A stretch of DNA of 64,000 bases from Chiloscyllium plagiosum (GCF_004010195.1 NC_057749.1:15927006-15991005), one strand, 5' to 3'; numbered from the stretch's first letter, positions 38,129 to 51,830 are shown. The notes: generated by a model not told the origin, from the sequence alone. A program made the numbers and translations.

Positions 38129-41100
38129 CTAAGCAAAAATGAGAACAGAATACAAGGTATCTGCAATTAATTACATTCCGCAGGATCTTAATATATGCTG
38201 AAGGCAATGAAAATGGCTCACATCAAAACTACTATTTTCCCCAGGGAAAACTAGTCGTATTGTGGAAAGCAGTCATTGAGCCAAACCAAAATATGACAGG
38301 CAAATGCAACAACACTGGACACTTAAAGCAAGATCTGAATGCTGCTGGGCTAAGAACACTTCTGGTATGTAGTTACACATCAATACCTGGGAAGCAGCAA
38401 AGCTTTTAAACTGGATACTTTGATGGGAAAAAAAGGGCCATTAGCCCAAATCTCCACTGTTCTCTATCAATTAAAACCATAACTTAGACACAACAGAGTG
38501 GGACTTTGTGGTCTACAAACACTAACATATTGAATTGGACTTCCCTTCTGCATCTCAGATGCAAAGTAGGTTAATACACTCAATAAAATGGTGATTGGGG
38601 CAGCCATCAGGCTCAAGCAGTGTGTGCAGAGTCCTTATTTGTACTTTTTCAACACAGACAATCTCTGTGCACGTGGTAACATGGGTAAGAGATCAAATGT
38701 TTGAGTAATTGAGAAGAACAAGGTTAGACTTTGCTGTAATAAATAAAACGTGCTACCATCACTCTGCAGCTCAGTCAGGTTTTGAAAAAGGGGAATACAG
38801 ACAATGATAGGACCCTATAAAGAAAGAGGCTCCACTCACAAATGTTAACTTATTTTGTTTCTTCGATTAGCTAATGCCTTCTTCAGAGTTCACATCGCCG
38901 GTATTCATTCTCATACTCCAAAAGTGCAACTTTCCCCTCTCCACAGGTGGCAGGAAGAATGAATAATTAGACAGTTTGGTTCAAAGAGATACTCATTCTC
39001 TACCTGCTACCCCTGTAAATGGAGATCTGGGTGAGAAAATCCATAGGCAACCTTCCCAACCTAATACCAATTAAGGCCTAAATGGTCAATTTTGACCAGC
39101 CCAATTACCTACCTTCTTGGCAGGTGAGAAAAATGGTTGCCTTTCCAAGATACAACTAAGGGTATCCCTGCCTGCCAAATGGGTGGGGGGCTCAGTTTGC
39201 CCCTATCTGAGGGCATTAGGACAGGGATGAGGGTAGGATTGACCACTGAAAGCTGCCTCTGACCTTGCTGTTGAAACCCCTCTCCCTTTGACATCCTCCC
39301 TAAGAATGAAAGTTAATTGCTCCCAAAGCCCCTGCCTCAACACTTAGTGCACAGACCACTAAAGCCTGGCCTCGTTCTCTAGTCACAGTGATCTCAATTC
39401 AGACCAACACAAGAGGATTTCAAAACATAGGTTGAAATGAGAGTTTATTTACAATTAAAAGTGATGGAATTCATTACACTACATGTGAGGTTTGCTGCCA
39501 ATAGAGAAGTAATGCAAGGCATTCAATGAATGAAAAGTCATCCCTTCATTAGATTTTAATCTACTAATTTGTATTGCTGAAAGGAAGAGATATTCTGTTG
39601 CGGTACTTAATTTTACACTCAGCATCATGGACACAAGAATATCACATTTCAAAGAAAACAATAATTTATACTGCATGATAAAGGGTACTGATTGGTTGGC
39701 AAGTGGACTCTGGTCAAGATGTTGCTATAGAAAATACACAAGGGAACACTTGTCCTTTTTTCAGTAATACTCAAGTTTTGCACTACCAAACAACTATTAA
39801 ATAGTCGAGGATATAAACAACTTGGGGAAGGGTTTAACAGTTGGAAATTACACGCCTGCCAAGGGACACTAACTATAATTTGCATTGACTGCGCACTATT
39901 AACACTTAAACTATCAATACACTGAGTTCACTTAAGTTTAAAAACTTACGACTGTTACAGGAAACTAAATCACTAAGCCATCATACCTGTTAAAAGGCAC
40001 CAATAATTTTGAAATCCATTACTATACTCATGACATCTGTTACCTGAAAGCAGGCAGCACACATTAAGTGCTGTTTTCATTCTATCCCCGACTCTCTGTA
40101 ATTTAACATTAAATGGTGGGCACAAAGACAGATTCCTCAGCATTTCTGAAGGGTTTTGATGCTGTGAGAATGTCACCAACAGGAACAAGAGGTGGAAAAT
40201 ATTAAAAATATAACAGCCCCTGCACAACAGCAATGACTTCTTTTAAAAAGTGCTTTGTGTTAATAGAACAAACAATTGTACTGTTTGTGGTCCACGAGTC
40301 AACAAACATTAATCTGACAAAGCACTGAACACAATGCCAGAAGTTTACTTATATATGTTTACTGAAAACATAACACAGTTTTGTGCTGCTAATCTCTTAA
40401 CTCCTATTTCTCTCTGTTTATCCTTAAAGCACTCATGTATGAAGAACTCTGAACACGACCACATGCAAGTGACCATTCTTCACACAAGTATCAATATGAA
40501 ATATTGGCATGATATTCAACTATGCTGTGCATCAGCGTCCAGCTTGATTTTGCCCTCATCCAACAATCATGTGCATTTTCCAGCAGGGTTTAATGATTAG
40601 GCACCAAGACCACATACCCAGGACTTGATTTTTCTCCTCCCTCATTCACTTGGGTTGTGCTGTGGACAGATGGAGAGCCCTACTGCTGATCTCTCTCTGA
40701 ACCTGCTAACCACATTTACTAACCTGGAACTTCATAGCTCACTTCCACGTGGGCATTAAATCAATTAAACCATCAGGGAACACCATAACATGTTTTAAAA
40801 ATTAAAAATAACATTTCTTTGTTAAATTACAAAGAGTCAGAGATAGAATGAAAACAGCACTTAATGTGTGTTGCTTGCTTTCAGATAACAGAGATCATGA
40901 GTGCAGTGATATATTTCAAAATGGCCAGTGCTTTTTAACAGAAATGATAGCCTAGTGATTTAGTTACTGGACTAACAAACTAGAGGCATAGAACACTGAT
41001 CTGGACATTGGTTTAAATCCCACAGTAGGGGGATTTAAGTATATATAATTAAATAAATCTGGAGTAAAAAGCTCCTATCACTATTGGTGACCACAATGCA

Positions 41101-41163
41101 GAGAGGAGTAGCAAGCTGTCCGCAGTGCTGTAGCCAATATTTATTCCCTTAAATTTATTTACT

Positions 41164-41640
41164 ATAGACAATAGGTGCAGGAGTAGGCCATTCAGCCCTT
41201 CGAGCCTGCACCACCATTCAATATGATCATGGCTGATCATTCCTAATCAGTATCCTCTTCCTGCCTTATCTCCATAACCCTTGATTCCACTATCTTTGAG
41301 AGCTCTATCCAACTCTTTCTTAAATGAATCCAGAGACTGGGCCTCCACTGCCCTCTGGGGCAGAGCATTCCACACAGCCACCACTCTCTGGGTGAAGAAG
41401 TTTCTCCTCATCTCTGTCCTAATGGTCTACCCTGTATTTTTAAGCTGTGTCCTCTGGTTCGGCACTCACCCATCAGCGGAAACATGTTTCCTGCTGCCAG
41501 AGTGTCCAATCCTTTCATAATCTTATATGTCTCAATCAGATCCCCTCTCAGTCTTCTAAACTCAAGGGTATACAAGCCCAGTTGCTTCAGTCTTTCAGTG
41601 TAAGGTAATCCCGCCACTCCAGGAATTTACCTCGTGAACA
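41164..41640 (-). mobile_element. CR1 LINE 3' end (second, well-preserved subfamily)
   Basis: AGLPYTERLKQLGLYTLEFRRLRGDLIETYKIMKGLD...RTRGHSLKI. Confidence 0.9.
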
Positions 41641-41887
41641 GATTATCTGGTCACTATCACTTTTCTGCTGTGGAATGTTGCTCTGTACCAAGTGTGAAAC
41701 TAACCAATTATCAACAAAATCCATCTGTTTCACAGGACACACTTTTGGGAAAGAAATCTACCGTCCTTACCCAATCTGACTAACATCTTACACTTGACCC
41801 ACAGCAATGTGTTGGACTTTTAATTGTTCTCTGAAATGGTCCAGCAAGCTACTCAATTGCATTCAAGACATCAGCTGAGCACCACTT

Positions 41888-42194
41888 TTAGATTACTTAC
41901 AGTGTGGAAACAGGCCCTTCGGCTCAACAAGTCCACACTGACCTGCCGAAGCGCAACCCACCCATACCCCTACATTTACCCCTTACCTAACACTACGGAC
42001 AATTTAGCGTGGCCAATTCACCTGACCTGCACATCTTTGGACTGTGGGAGGAAACCGGAGCACCCGGTGGAAACCCACGCAGACACGGGGAGAACGTGCA
42101 AACTCCACACAGACAGTCACCCGAGGCGGGAATTGAACCCGGATCTCTGGCGCTGTGAGGCAGCAGTGCTAACCACTGTGCCACCGTGCCACCC
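41888..42194 (-). mobile_element. HE1 SINE, full length, nested in a family-B SINE tail
   Basis: Reverse complement of the 23725 copy. The flanks rejoin into the family-B tail (...caccac|tttcaaggacaattagtgatgggtaataaatg). Confidence 0.92.
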
Positions 42195-43538
42195 ACTCTT
42201 TCAAGGACAATTAGTGATGGGTAATAAATGTTGGCCTTGCAACATTCTATGAGTGAATAAGAAAAAAAATCACTAAACTTTGAATTTAATGAGCTCATTG
42301 CTAATGGAAAGCATTTACTTACAATTGTCATGAATATAATGTTTCTTGCAAATGAGACCGATTTCAAAGCTCCTAAAAACTTTGGTCAAATTAGTAAATT
42401 CTTTGAGAAGGGCAAAGACAATTAAAAGGTTTAAAGAGAATAATTTTTCCCAGGATCAAGGGGAAATCTGGTCTGGTAAACCAGTGGGGGAACAAAAGGT
42501 ACATTTAGATCTTTTGTGTCAGCAAATCAAGAGAGAATGAAATGTTCTTCAACAGAACAGCTGGTAGCAGGAATGCCTCATTACAGGATTAGTGAGCAAG
42601 GCAATCTTGCAGGACCATGTATAATTAAGATGTTGAGAATATGCTTGGCATTTTATGCAAAGGATTTACAAGTCAAGCCAAAGCAAATTATTACAAACTG
42701 CTGGGTGCCATGAGTGCAAACTCTAGAAGCTTATTTAATTCAAATTTTAAACTATTCCCTTAAAGAAAGACTTAAAAGACTTCCATTTATATTGTATCAT
42801 TCACAATCCAGTGAAGAACATCTCCTTTAGCAGTTAGTGTAGAATGACATCCCAAAACAGCAAAGTGCCAGTGACCAGGTAAATCTATTCTAATTAAGTT
42901 TGAGGGAACAAACATTGACCAGAATACAGAGGAGAACCTGCTATTCTTCTTGGAATCGTGCTTTTGGACTTATCACATCCATTTAATGCAGATGGGGCTT
43001 GGTTTACTTATCTGAAAGAGAGCTTCTATGACAGTATAGCACTCCTTCAAATGCTGCACTGGGAATGTCAGCCTGAGTCCTGGGCTCCAGTCTCTGGAAT
43101 AGGAATCAAATCTGTTACTTCACACTCAGAGCTACTGACAAAAACATCTAGTTCATTATTCAAGGCTGAGATGGACAGATTTCTGTTCTATTGGGGAATG
43201 AAGGGATGTGGGGAGTGGAAAAGTGCTTTTGAAACAGGAGGTTAACAATGATCACAGTGAATGGTGAATCATGCTCATGAGGGCATTCAGTCTATTTCTT
43301 ACATTACATTTTTGCTTTTAAGAATTGTGAATGAATCTGGAACACATCAGAACTTGTTTGGGGAGCAGGTTTATTTTAAAGGGCAAGCCAATGCAAATTT
43401 CCAAACACTTATAATGCAGGTCAGCTCCGAATTAAAAAGACAGAAGTCACACGACACCAGATTACAAAGTTTGTGAGAAGATTTGTAGCTCGGGTGCTCG
43501 TTGTTGTGGTTCTGTTCGCCGAGCTGGGAATTTGTGTT

Positions 43539-43578
43539 GCAGACGTTTCGTCCCCTGTCTAGGTGACATCCTCAGTGC
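43539..43578 (-). ncRNA. Minimal hammerhead ribozyme motif (family 2, minus copy)
   Basis: gca-CTGAGGA-t-gtcacct(agac)aggggac-GAAACGTC-tgc. Confidence 0.72.
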
Positions 43579-43804
43579 TTGGTAGCCTCCTGTGAAGCTA
43601 CCAAGCACTGAGGATGAGTGCCATGCCTCTAGGAATTCCCTGCCAGAGAACAGATCCACAGATTCAATCATAAGCACATCGACCTGGACACAATATACCG
43701 GCCACTGCAATGGACAGCTGGAACTGACAACCAGAAGCGGCAGATTCAAACCACTACAAATGCCGGAGGAAAGATCACAGAAGCGCTTCATAGGAGGCTC
43801 CCAA

Positions 43805-43844
43805 GCACTGAGGATGTCACCTAGACAGGGGACGAAACGTCTGC
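43805..43844 (+). ncRNA. Minimal hammerhead ribozyme motif (family 2)
   Basis: gca-CTGAGGA-t-gtcacct(agac)aggggac-GAAACGTC-tgc. Confidence 0.72.
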
Positions 43845-44837
43845 AACACAAATTCCCAGCTCGGCGAACAAAACCACAACACCAGATTACAGTCTAGTGG
43901 ATATATTTGAAATCATAAGCTATTGGAGAACAGTCTTCACCTGACAAAGGAGCAGCGCTCTGAAAACTTGTGATTTTAAATAAACCCATTGGGCTATAAC
44001 CTGGTGTCGTGTGACTTCTGACTTTGTCCAACCCAGCCCAACACTGGCACCTCCGCATCATGGCTACCATCAACACCACAAATTAAAAAGGATAAAAGGG
44101 AAGTCAGGCAACTAAATCAGGTGTGTTTGGCCAATGCCAAATTTGGACTTTAAAAGTTGTGGAAGGAAGGAGAAAGCTACAGGTCAATGGAGGTGTGGAG
44201 TTTCGTAATTCTAGGCCCTTGATAAAGAATGAGTCTGCATAATGGCACGATCTAGTAGGAGTTCAATTGTTCCAGGAGAAAGAATTGAGTATTATATGCT
44301 CCTGATATCTTGCAGTTTGGTTTCTCAATTAAAAAGAAATAGACAACAGTGAACAAAATAAAAAAAAGTGTTCCAATATACTGCCAACTCATTCAGTCAC
44401 TATAAAACAGGATGAGACAGTTTTTTATACTGTAGTTGTTTTGTATATAGAGGTCATAAGTTACACTTGAGGTGAATTTTATTAGCTCTGAGTCCTGAGC
44501 AAACTTCAGTTAACTTACACCAGGGAAAATGTTACAGGAGCTTTATAATAACTGAGATTGTTTATATGGAGGACAACAGATGGTGAAAACTGCGTTGTGG
44601 TAATATATTGCAGGCTTGAACATACTGAACAATCCATCCATATATAATTTTGAACAGCACATTTCATGATGAATACAAACGGGTCACAGAGGACAGGCAA
44701 GGCTTCCATGAACAATTTCTAACAAAGATCTGCTAATCACTGTTTTGGTAATTGTTGAGAGACAAAACATTTAGCCACAGGCAGGGAGGGGAAAATCATC
44801 CTTCTTAGTATTTGATTCAAGATTGACTTTAGGAAAT

Positions 44838-45063
44838 AGAGTCATAGAGATGTACAGCACGGAAACAGACCCTTTGGTCCAACCCATCTATGCCGCCCAG
44901 GTATCCCAACCCAATCTAGTCCCACCTCCAGTACCTGGCCCAGGTCCGTCTAAAGCCTTCCTATCCATATACCCATCCAGATGCCTTTTAAATGTTGCAA
45001 TTGTACCAGCCTCCACCACTCCCTCTGGCAGTTCATTCCATACACGTACCACCCTCTGCGTGA
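44838..45063 (-). mobile_element. CR1 (HER1-like) 3' end
   Basis: FTQRVVRVWNELPEGVVEAGTIATFKRHLDGYM. Confidence 0.9.
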
Positions 45064-45321
45064 AATCAGACAGCATTAAACCAAATGTCTGGTCACAAAT
45101 AATCTTGGGAGAGTGGGGAAAGAATAAATATGTTATTAAAGTAGCTTTTCTCAGCCTCTGAGCTGTACAAATTAGGAATCTCCTGGAATTGTTGCCTGGA
45201 TGCTATTGGTTTATAGGGTGGAGACATTACATTTGACCTCAGCCTCATTTTATTGTAAACCAAAACAAAAAGGAAGTTTCAGCTCTTGATCACCTTCGCT
45301 AGAAATGAGAATGAGTGATTC

Positions 45322-45323
<2 letters not shown>

Positions 45324-45357
<34 letters not shown>
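45324..45357. repeat. (TG)n microsatellite
   Basis: Directly visible. Confidence 0.95.
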
Positions 45358-45359
<2 letters not shown>

Positions 45360-48300
45360 CGCGCGCATGCACAAGTGGGTAAGGACACTGAAGTGGGCAG
45401 GATTTACATTTGGCTGGTTCGCCCTCACAATCACTCTGTGGCCTGGGTCATTAGAGAAGATACTCTCTGCCTCCATAGCCCAGACACTAAGGCTAAAGAC
45501 AACTAGTTTGACAGGGATTCTTGGTTTCAATATGGTTGATTACTCAGACAGTATTACCACTTATTATCTTGTCTAATTATTCTGCCCCCCCCACCGGTTT
45601 CAGAACATTGTGTCAAACAATAAAAATTGAAAGACCAAAGCTAGTCCAAAATCAAGGGAACAATCACTCATGTATACCAAGGTCTCCAGGGCATAATTAG
45701 AAAAGCAGACTACTCCCTATAAATGGAATATACCATGCTTCCTGAATTCATGTTATCTTTCATCTATCATGAATAAAGGTCAGATTTCGACAAGAAACAA
45801 AAAGGGAAACTGACAGATATTTATTCTACACCACGTGGCTGCATTTTCCATGACTTCGTTAATCCCACACTCACTGGCATATTCTTGACCAAAGGACACT
45901 CGGCAATGCAAGGGAGCATTTCACCTCTTGTCTTTGTTAAACAAAATTTGTTGCTTTGGACTATTTGTTCACATACCTGATTCTAACTCAAGAGAAATTG
46001 GAAGTGCATTGGAGAATATGTTATTGTTGTTAGTACTTCAGTACTGCTGAGAATTAGCCATCCATTTTACGCAATGCCCTTAACAAAGTAAACTGTCACA
46101 AGGCACTTTACAGGATTGTAATCAAAGTTTGACGCAATCATGTAAGGACTCAAAGGGGCAGATGACCAAAAGAATGGTCAAATAAATACAGTTTAAAGGA
46201 CGTTGTAAAGGAGAAAGAAAAGTGAGGTAGAGAGACAGAGGGGTATACAGAAGGAATTTCACAACCTCATATGGATAGCTGAAGGCCATGGTCAATAATC
46301 ATGAAGCAAAAAAATTACAAAGTGTTCAAGAGTCCAGAATGGAAACAAGGGTAATCTCTGGACATTTTAGGTATATGTCACTAGGGATCATAATATAACA
46401 TTCAAGGATACAAGATAGTGGTAACAGAAGATATGCTGGTGATATGCTTTGGAGAGACTTACATTCTATAAGGTAGGAGCAATTTATTCAGACTTCCTTA
46501 AAGTTTGAGCAGGATTGCACGTCATAGTGAAATTAACTAAAGTATCTTTACACGCAAACAATTAAACACTTCTGAAGGAAATATTATGCAGAATAATACA
46601 CTTAACATCCTTACCGAGAGCCACAAACAACAATGTGATAAATTACCAAATAATTTGTTTTTATTTGGCACTGTTGATTGTGGGAGGAATGCTGGCGAAG
46701 GCTCTTCTGCAAGTTATACCTTGGGATCTTTATCATCCATTCAATGAAGCAGACAGCCATCTGATTAAAAATGTTATGTTTGATTTTGAGGTCAGAACTA
46801 AAAATGCACTAAAACAAATTACATTACTGAATAAATAACTCAAATATCTTTGCTAAGGGAAGACGCATTTCCTACTTGTTGGTAAGCAATAATGTGACAA
46901 TGCGAAAGAAGGCGGTGGAAGGGAAGCGAGTCTCTAGCAGTAGATGCTATGGACAGGAAAAGGAAAAGATTATAAGAGGGGTCACAAACCTCTCAAATGG
47001 TGCAGACACTCACGAAAATGACTTACCTGTGACAAAAGATCAATGTCTATTGTATAACAGGTTCTTAAATCCCGGCCAAGACGTAATCACGAACAGCTAC
47101 AGAAAGCGAATCTATGTGGCAGAGGCTCACAAATTGGGACTCTATACTCTTCAACATATTAACAGAAGTCTACTAAATCTGTTGCAAACCTATAGTAAAT
47201 ACATTTTACACCTACTTTCTCATAAAAACCTTCATTAGCCAATGTTTGCTTCTAAATGTTATGCCAAAATTTAAATCACTCAAAACCCTTTCAATAATAG
47301 TTTCAATACCACCAAATGCCATTAAAGTGTCATTTATGGTTGAATGAATAAACAGTAAAAGACTCCCATAATAAAAGTTATGGGCACAGAAAGACCTACA
47401 GATTTATACTTTCCCATAAAATTGCAATGTCTTGTGCACCATGACTCTGAAATGCCCCACCAACTAAGAAACCACATCATTCCCTGGATGAAACAAAGTA
47501 AAAAGGTAAAACCTCCAGCCAATTACCGTCAAAAAAAAAAAGGTAGAAATTGATCTTCAATCCCATTAGGCCAATGAAATTAATCTAGTACACCACTTCA
47601 ATCCTTCTGTAATATGGCACCTACCTCTTGTTCAGGACAATCTGTCCGAATCAGAAACATGTTCAGCTCTCACTTAAAGGAAGTCAAGAAATCTGTGAGC
47701 ATTGTTCAAGCTAGCATCCCTCCCTCAGAACTTTGCCATTACATAACTGGAGGTGATAACATCTGGTGATTTGGTTTAAACAAATTCTCTATACAAACAG
47801 AAGTATCTAAACCCTTCATCTTGTAAATCTTTATAAAATCATCTCCAAACCAAAACTTCTGTAGAGTACAAAGTGCCAGTTTTTTCAGCCTAATTTGGTA
47901 AGTAAGATGCTTTAAGTTGGGTTTCTTCACAATTGACTCTGGGGACACTTGCTCCTCAGTTAGGGTTTCATTAGTAGCAGCCTTCAGTATCTCATCTAAA
48001 TGGTGAATTCATTACACCTCAGCCTAAAAGGGAGCAACTGCAGGATATTTAGCTCTGAAGGGATATAAAGCAACTCCTGTTGCCCAATGCTCAAATGGCC
48101 AATTTCCAGTGGTAGAGATGGACAGTGATAATCGATCTTTCAGTTCCCTGTATCGGGGTGTTGAATATAGTGTCCTACAATTGTTCTGGCTGAGATAAAT
48201 TACATGCCACAGAAGAACAAAAACAAAATTGCTTGTAGTGTCTAAACAATGCTTGCTATCAACTTTAATTCAAAGAATCAGACAAAATCTATTGTGCTTG

Positions 48301-49409
48301 AGCACATACGAATAAAATGTTACATTTTATAAGATGTCATTTAATATACACGCACGCACAATTATTGCGCTGTACAAGACTCATACTCATAATACACTTT
48401 GCAAGCTCAGTAACAAATAACTACCAACTCTGAACATGGGATGGAAAGGGGGTGAATGCTCATTCTGGGATTCTGTTGCACCTTAAATACAAAAATGAGG
48501 TCTGATCAAGGTTCCATGTACAGATGTCAAGTATAATATACCAACATAAAAGTCAACCAAATAATGACTGCGTCAATGATGGTGCAAATCAGTTCAAGCA
48601 TTTACAGTCCACAATCCAATAAGCCGGGCTTAGCTCACTTCAGATGCAAATGCTTCTGCCGTAGCAGCATTGCAATATCATGCAAGCACTCCGAAGTTGC
48701 TGTAAAGGAGATGTCTTGAGTGTGCAACAGCAACAAACCCGACAGAAAACAATTATTTATGTTTATCATAAACCACAAATACATAGTACACAATTACTAG
48801 CACTCATTCCACATGCAACATAGCTTATTTGGCCAGGAGTGAGCTCTTATTAGTTATATTATGGAATTATTCTGTGAGAAAAAAATTGCTAAAGGTTACT
48901 AGAACTATTCTAAATTGACGTTCACAGTGTCTTTGATAGTGCAACAAAACAAATCAGTAAGCAAGCAGATTAATAAAATAATTTGAACTGCAAATGGCCC
49001 AGTTCACAGGTGATACTAGTTCAGACTGACTTAGAATTTATAATCAGTAAGGACTGCACTTACACTTATTTTTCTGATATTTCAATTTGTTTCAAGTAAT
49101 GATATGAAAAGACTGTCAACAGCACCAATTGACTTCTTAGTTAGATTAGTGAACATTTAACTGTTTGCATTTACAAAGTACTCCTTTACAGTATGCATTA
49201 CATCACCTCACTGTAAGTGTGTATTAAGGGGGTCATTTCACATTTATCTTCCACCTGTGGATGAGGCAACAGGAAGGAGAAATGAGAAAATATATTCCCA
49301 TCGATAGAACCTGGGAATGGATTTGGTGTAAAGTTAAACTAGAATTATGCAGCTATTCAGAGTTAAGATATGAATAGAATTTTTCTGCCATTGGGCACCC
49401 TTGTTAGTA

Positions 49410-49622
49410 AACTAAGTCACCATACTCCCCAAGGACCGTAGGGTTGCTCGCTCATTAGACAGAAATGACTGGTGATAGTGGTTTAACTTAGGGGTCACCA
49501 CACCTCAGGCAAGGGGAGGGGTGGAGAAGGAGAGTCTTGCACAGTGCAGAAATTGAATGTGCACTGCTGGCATCACTCTGCATCACAAACCAGCCATGCA
49601 GCCAACTGAGCTAGCTGACCCC
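49410..49622 (-). mobile_element. SINE family C
   Basis: Reverse complement of 37463-37667. Confidence 0.65.
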
Positions 49623-51360
49623 AATCCTTGCTAGTAAAGTTATCTTCGACCATACATTTAGCTATGTACAGCATTTATCTGCCTGCTCCATTCTAGTGGC
49701 AACATTTGAAAACCATTTGCCCATTCTATCAAGTGAGAAATAAACTATGAATGACAAAATATTTCCTCACCTTCTCCATCTGGAGGAGATTCAGTGAATG
49801 TAAAAGAGGAGGAGGGCAGGAACGAAATTCACTTTAGAAGTGAACTACCTAATTATACTTGGTGAGATTCACGAGCAGTTATTCAAACAGGTTTGCACTC
49901 CCTTTCTTGTTTGTATCCAGCTGACTCAAACAGCGCACCTCAGCCGTCTCACAACAGCCATCCTATTGGATCTTTGAACGAGACTGTTAACGTCGTGACA
50001 AATAAACTGCTTGGTGCTTTGGTGCAGAGCTAGCTTTAATGAATAAACAATGGTTCATACTGTCTTACAGCCAAAATAGCAGCATCCATGGCTCATGTCC
50101 ATCAGAGGCACTGGGGGAGCTGGAGGCAGCATTTACTTCTGTAAGAAAAATATACCAGATATATCTAATGATACACTTCCAAAATAATCAATGAAAAAAT
50201 GCTTGAATTCAAATAGAAATAAAATTGGGATGAACAGGTAGACAGGGAGAGACACCTTCAAGGTTTTGGTTCTTCACTGTGTCATAGTCACTTCTCATTT
50301 ATCCCAGTTTCTAAAGAAAGCATTCAGGACAGGCCATATTTTGTGGTAGCATACAAAATATAATAATTGAGGCAAGAGGGGCTTCACTAGTTTTACTAAC
50401 CAATATAATTGAATAATTCAAGCTTCTAAATGAAATTATGTCAAATGTAGGATTCATTTACAGGCAAGATGCTGTAGGGCTGGAGAGACAGTAGATCTTG
50501 TCATCAGAAAGCTTTCTAGAACAACAGATAATTTTACCAGAGAAAAAGTAAATGCCACTAAAATATAATTGTTGTTTATACTATGCTCCACTCCATTTTG
50601 AATCTTATGATATAAGAAGCAGCCATGCTTATTTACTCGCAGACTTTTCCTGAACCTTGGCTACACTATCAGTGCCTGACAACAATTTCAAACAAATGCA
50701 GGGGACAGAAACTTCTCAATTAGATTATTTTGCTCTATTTGGACCTTGTTGTGCTAACATTTCTGGCCATTATATATTGGTTCTCCTTGAACTTGTGATT
50801 TTCTAGGTTTATTTTCCTTCTCCGGATGATGGCTCTGTCCATTTTCAGTGAAACAACAAAGCTGCATCTTGTATTGGGCATTATGAGGAAAATGAAGTTT
50901 AGTTGCACATTGCTATTCATATGAACTAAGAAATAAATTGCTTGCAAGTCTGGCAAGCTAGTCTTTAAACGTTTTGGGGGAAAACACTGAAGAAGATTTT
51001 CAGTTCAGCTTTAAGAGGTGTATTTTGTCCTCTTTTTTTAAAATAAAGAGTTTGAGAGAGGTATTGAGTGGCTTGCTGCAAGCCAATAAAGTAAACAGCT
51101 TGTGAAGCCTTGGGTTTTTAAAAAAAAAAATAAGTTGGAACAATAGAAGCAGCCCGAATGGTTGGGAGTCAATCTCCCACAGAACCAGGATTTTCTGTTT
51201 AGTGTTCAGCAGCTGTTGGGGTTCATAAAAGCTGCTACATCTTTCACTCTCTTTGCAACACCTGATTCTCTTCCTGCTGTTATAATTGCATGTGAGACAA
51301 TTCATTTTACTGACTATCTTTGTCAAGGATGTGCTTTTGGGTTGTTACTATATTGGAACA

Positions 51361-51608
51361 GTTCAATTCCTGCCTCAGGAGACTGACTGTGTGGAGTTTG
51401 CACGTTCTCCCCGTGTCTGCGTGGGTTTCCTCCGGGTGCTCCGGTTTCCTCCCACAGTCCAAAAATGTGCAGGTCAGGTGAATTGGCCATGCTAGATTGC
51501 CTGTCGTGTTCGGTCCGGGGTAAATGTATGGGTGGGTTGCGCTTCGGTGGGTCGGTGTGGACTTGTTGGGCCGAAGGGCCTGTTCCACACTGTAATGTAA
51601 TGTAATCT
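51361..51608 (+). mobile_element. HE1 SINE, 5'-truncated
   Basis: Starts at the B box gttcaattcc; (taatg)n tail. Confidence 0.9.
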
Positions 51609-51629
51609 AAAAAGTTGTGAGGGAAATGC

Positions 51630-51830
51630 AGAGAGCGGTTCATGTGTGGAATGAACTTCCAGAGGAAGTGATGGTTGCTGGTACAGGTACAACATTTAAA
51701 AGACATTTAGGCAAGTACATGAATAAGAAACATTTAGAGGAATACGGGCCAAGTGTAGGCCAGTGGGACTAGTTTAATCTGGGATTATGGTTGGACTGAA
51801 GGGTCTGTTTCCGCACTTTATGACTCTACC
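51630..51830 (+). mobile_element. CR1 3' end
   Basis: WNELPEEV motif and tail. Confidence 0.8.

Larger units (their letters stand above)
43467..43878. mobile_element. Penelope-like element (family 2): inverted pseudo-LTRs with a GIY-YIG C-terminal remnant
   Basis: Arms at about 43501-43599 and 43782-43880; REFLEAWHSS remnant; 13-bp TSD acaccagattaca at 43454-43466 and 43879-43891. Confidence 0.88.
43435..44062. mobile_element. Family 3 palindromic Penelope-related element interrupted by the family 2 insertion
   Basis: cagaagtcacacgacaccag (left arm) versus ctggtgtcgtgtgacttctg (right arm); degenerate hammerhead at about 43938-43972. Confidence 0.7.

Noticed and set aside
46876..47238. 120-aa plus-strand ORF
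   Set aside because: It is antisense within the PPIP5K1 intron, has a non-ATG start, and shows no recognisable domain.
50850..51360. Possible LTR-like fragment before the truncated HE1
   Set aside because: No clear TG...CA termini or TSD could be identified.
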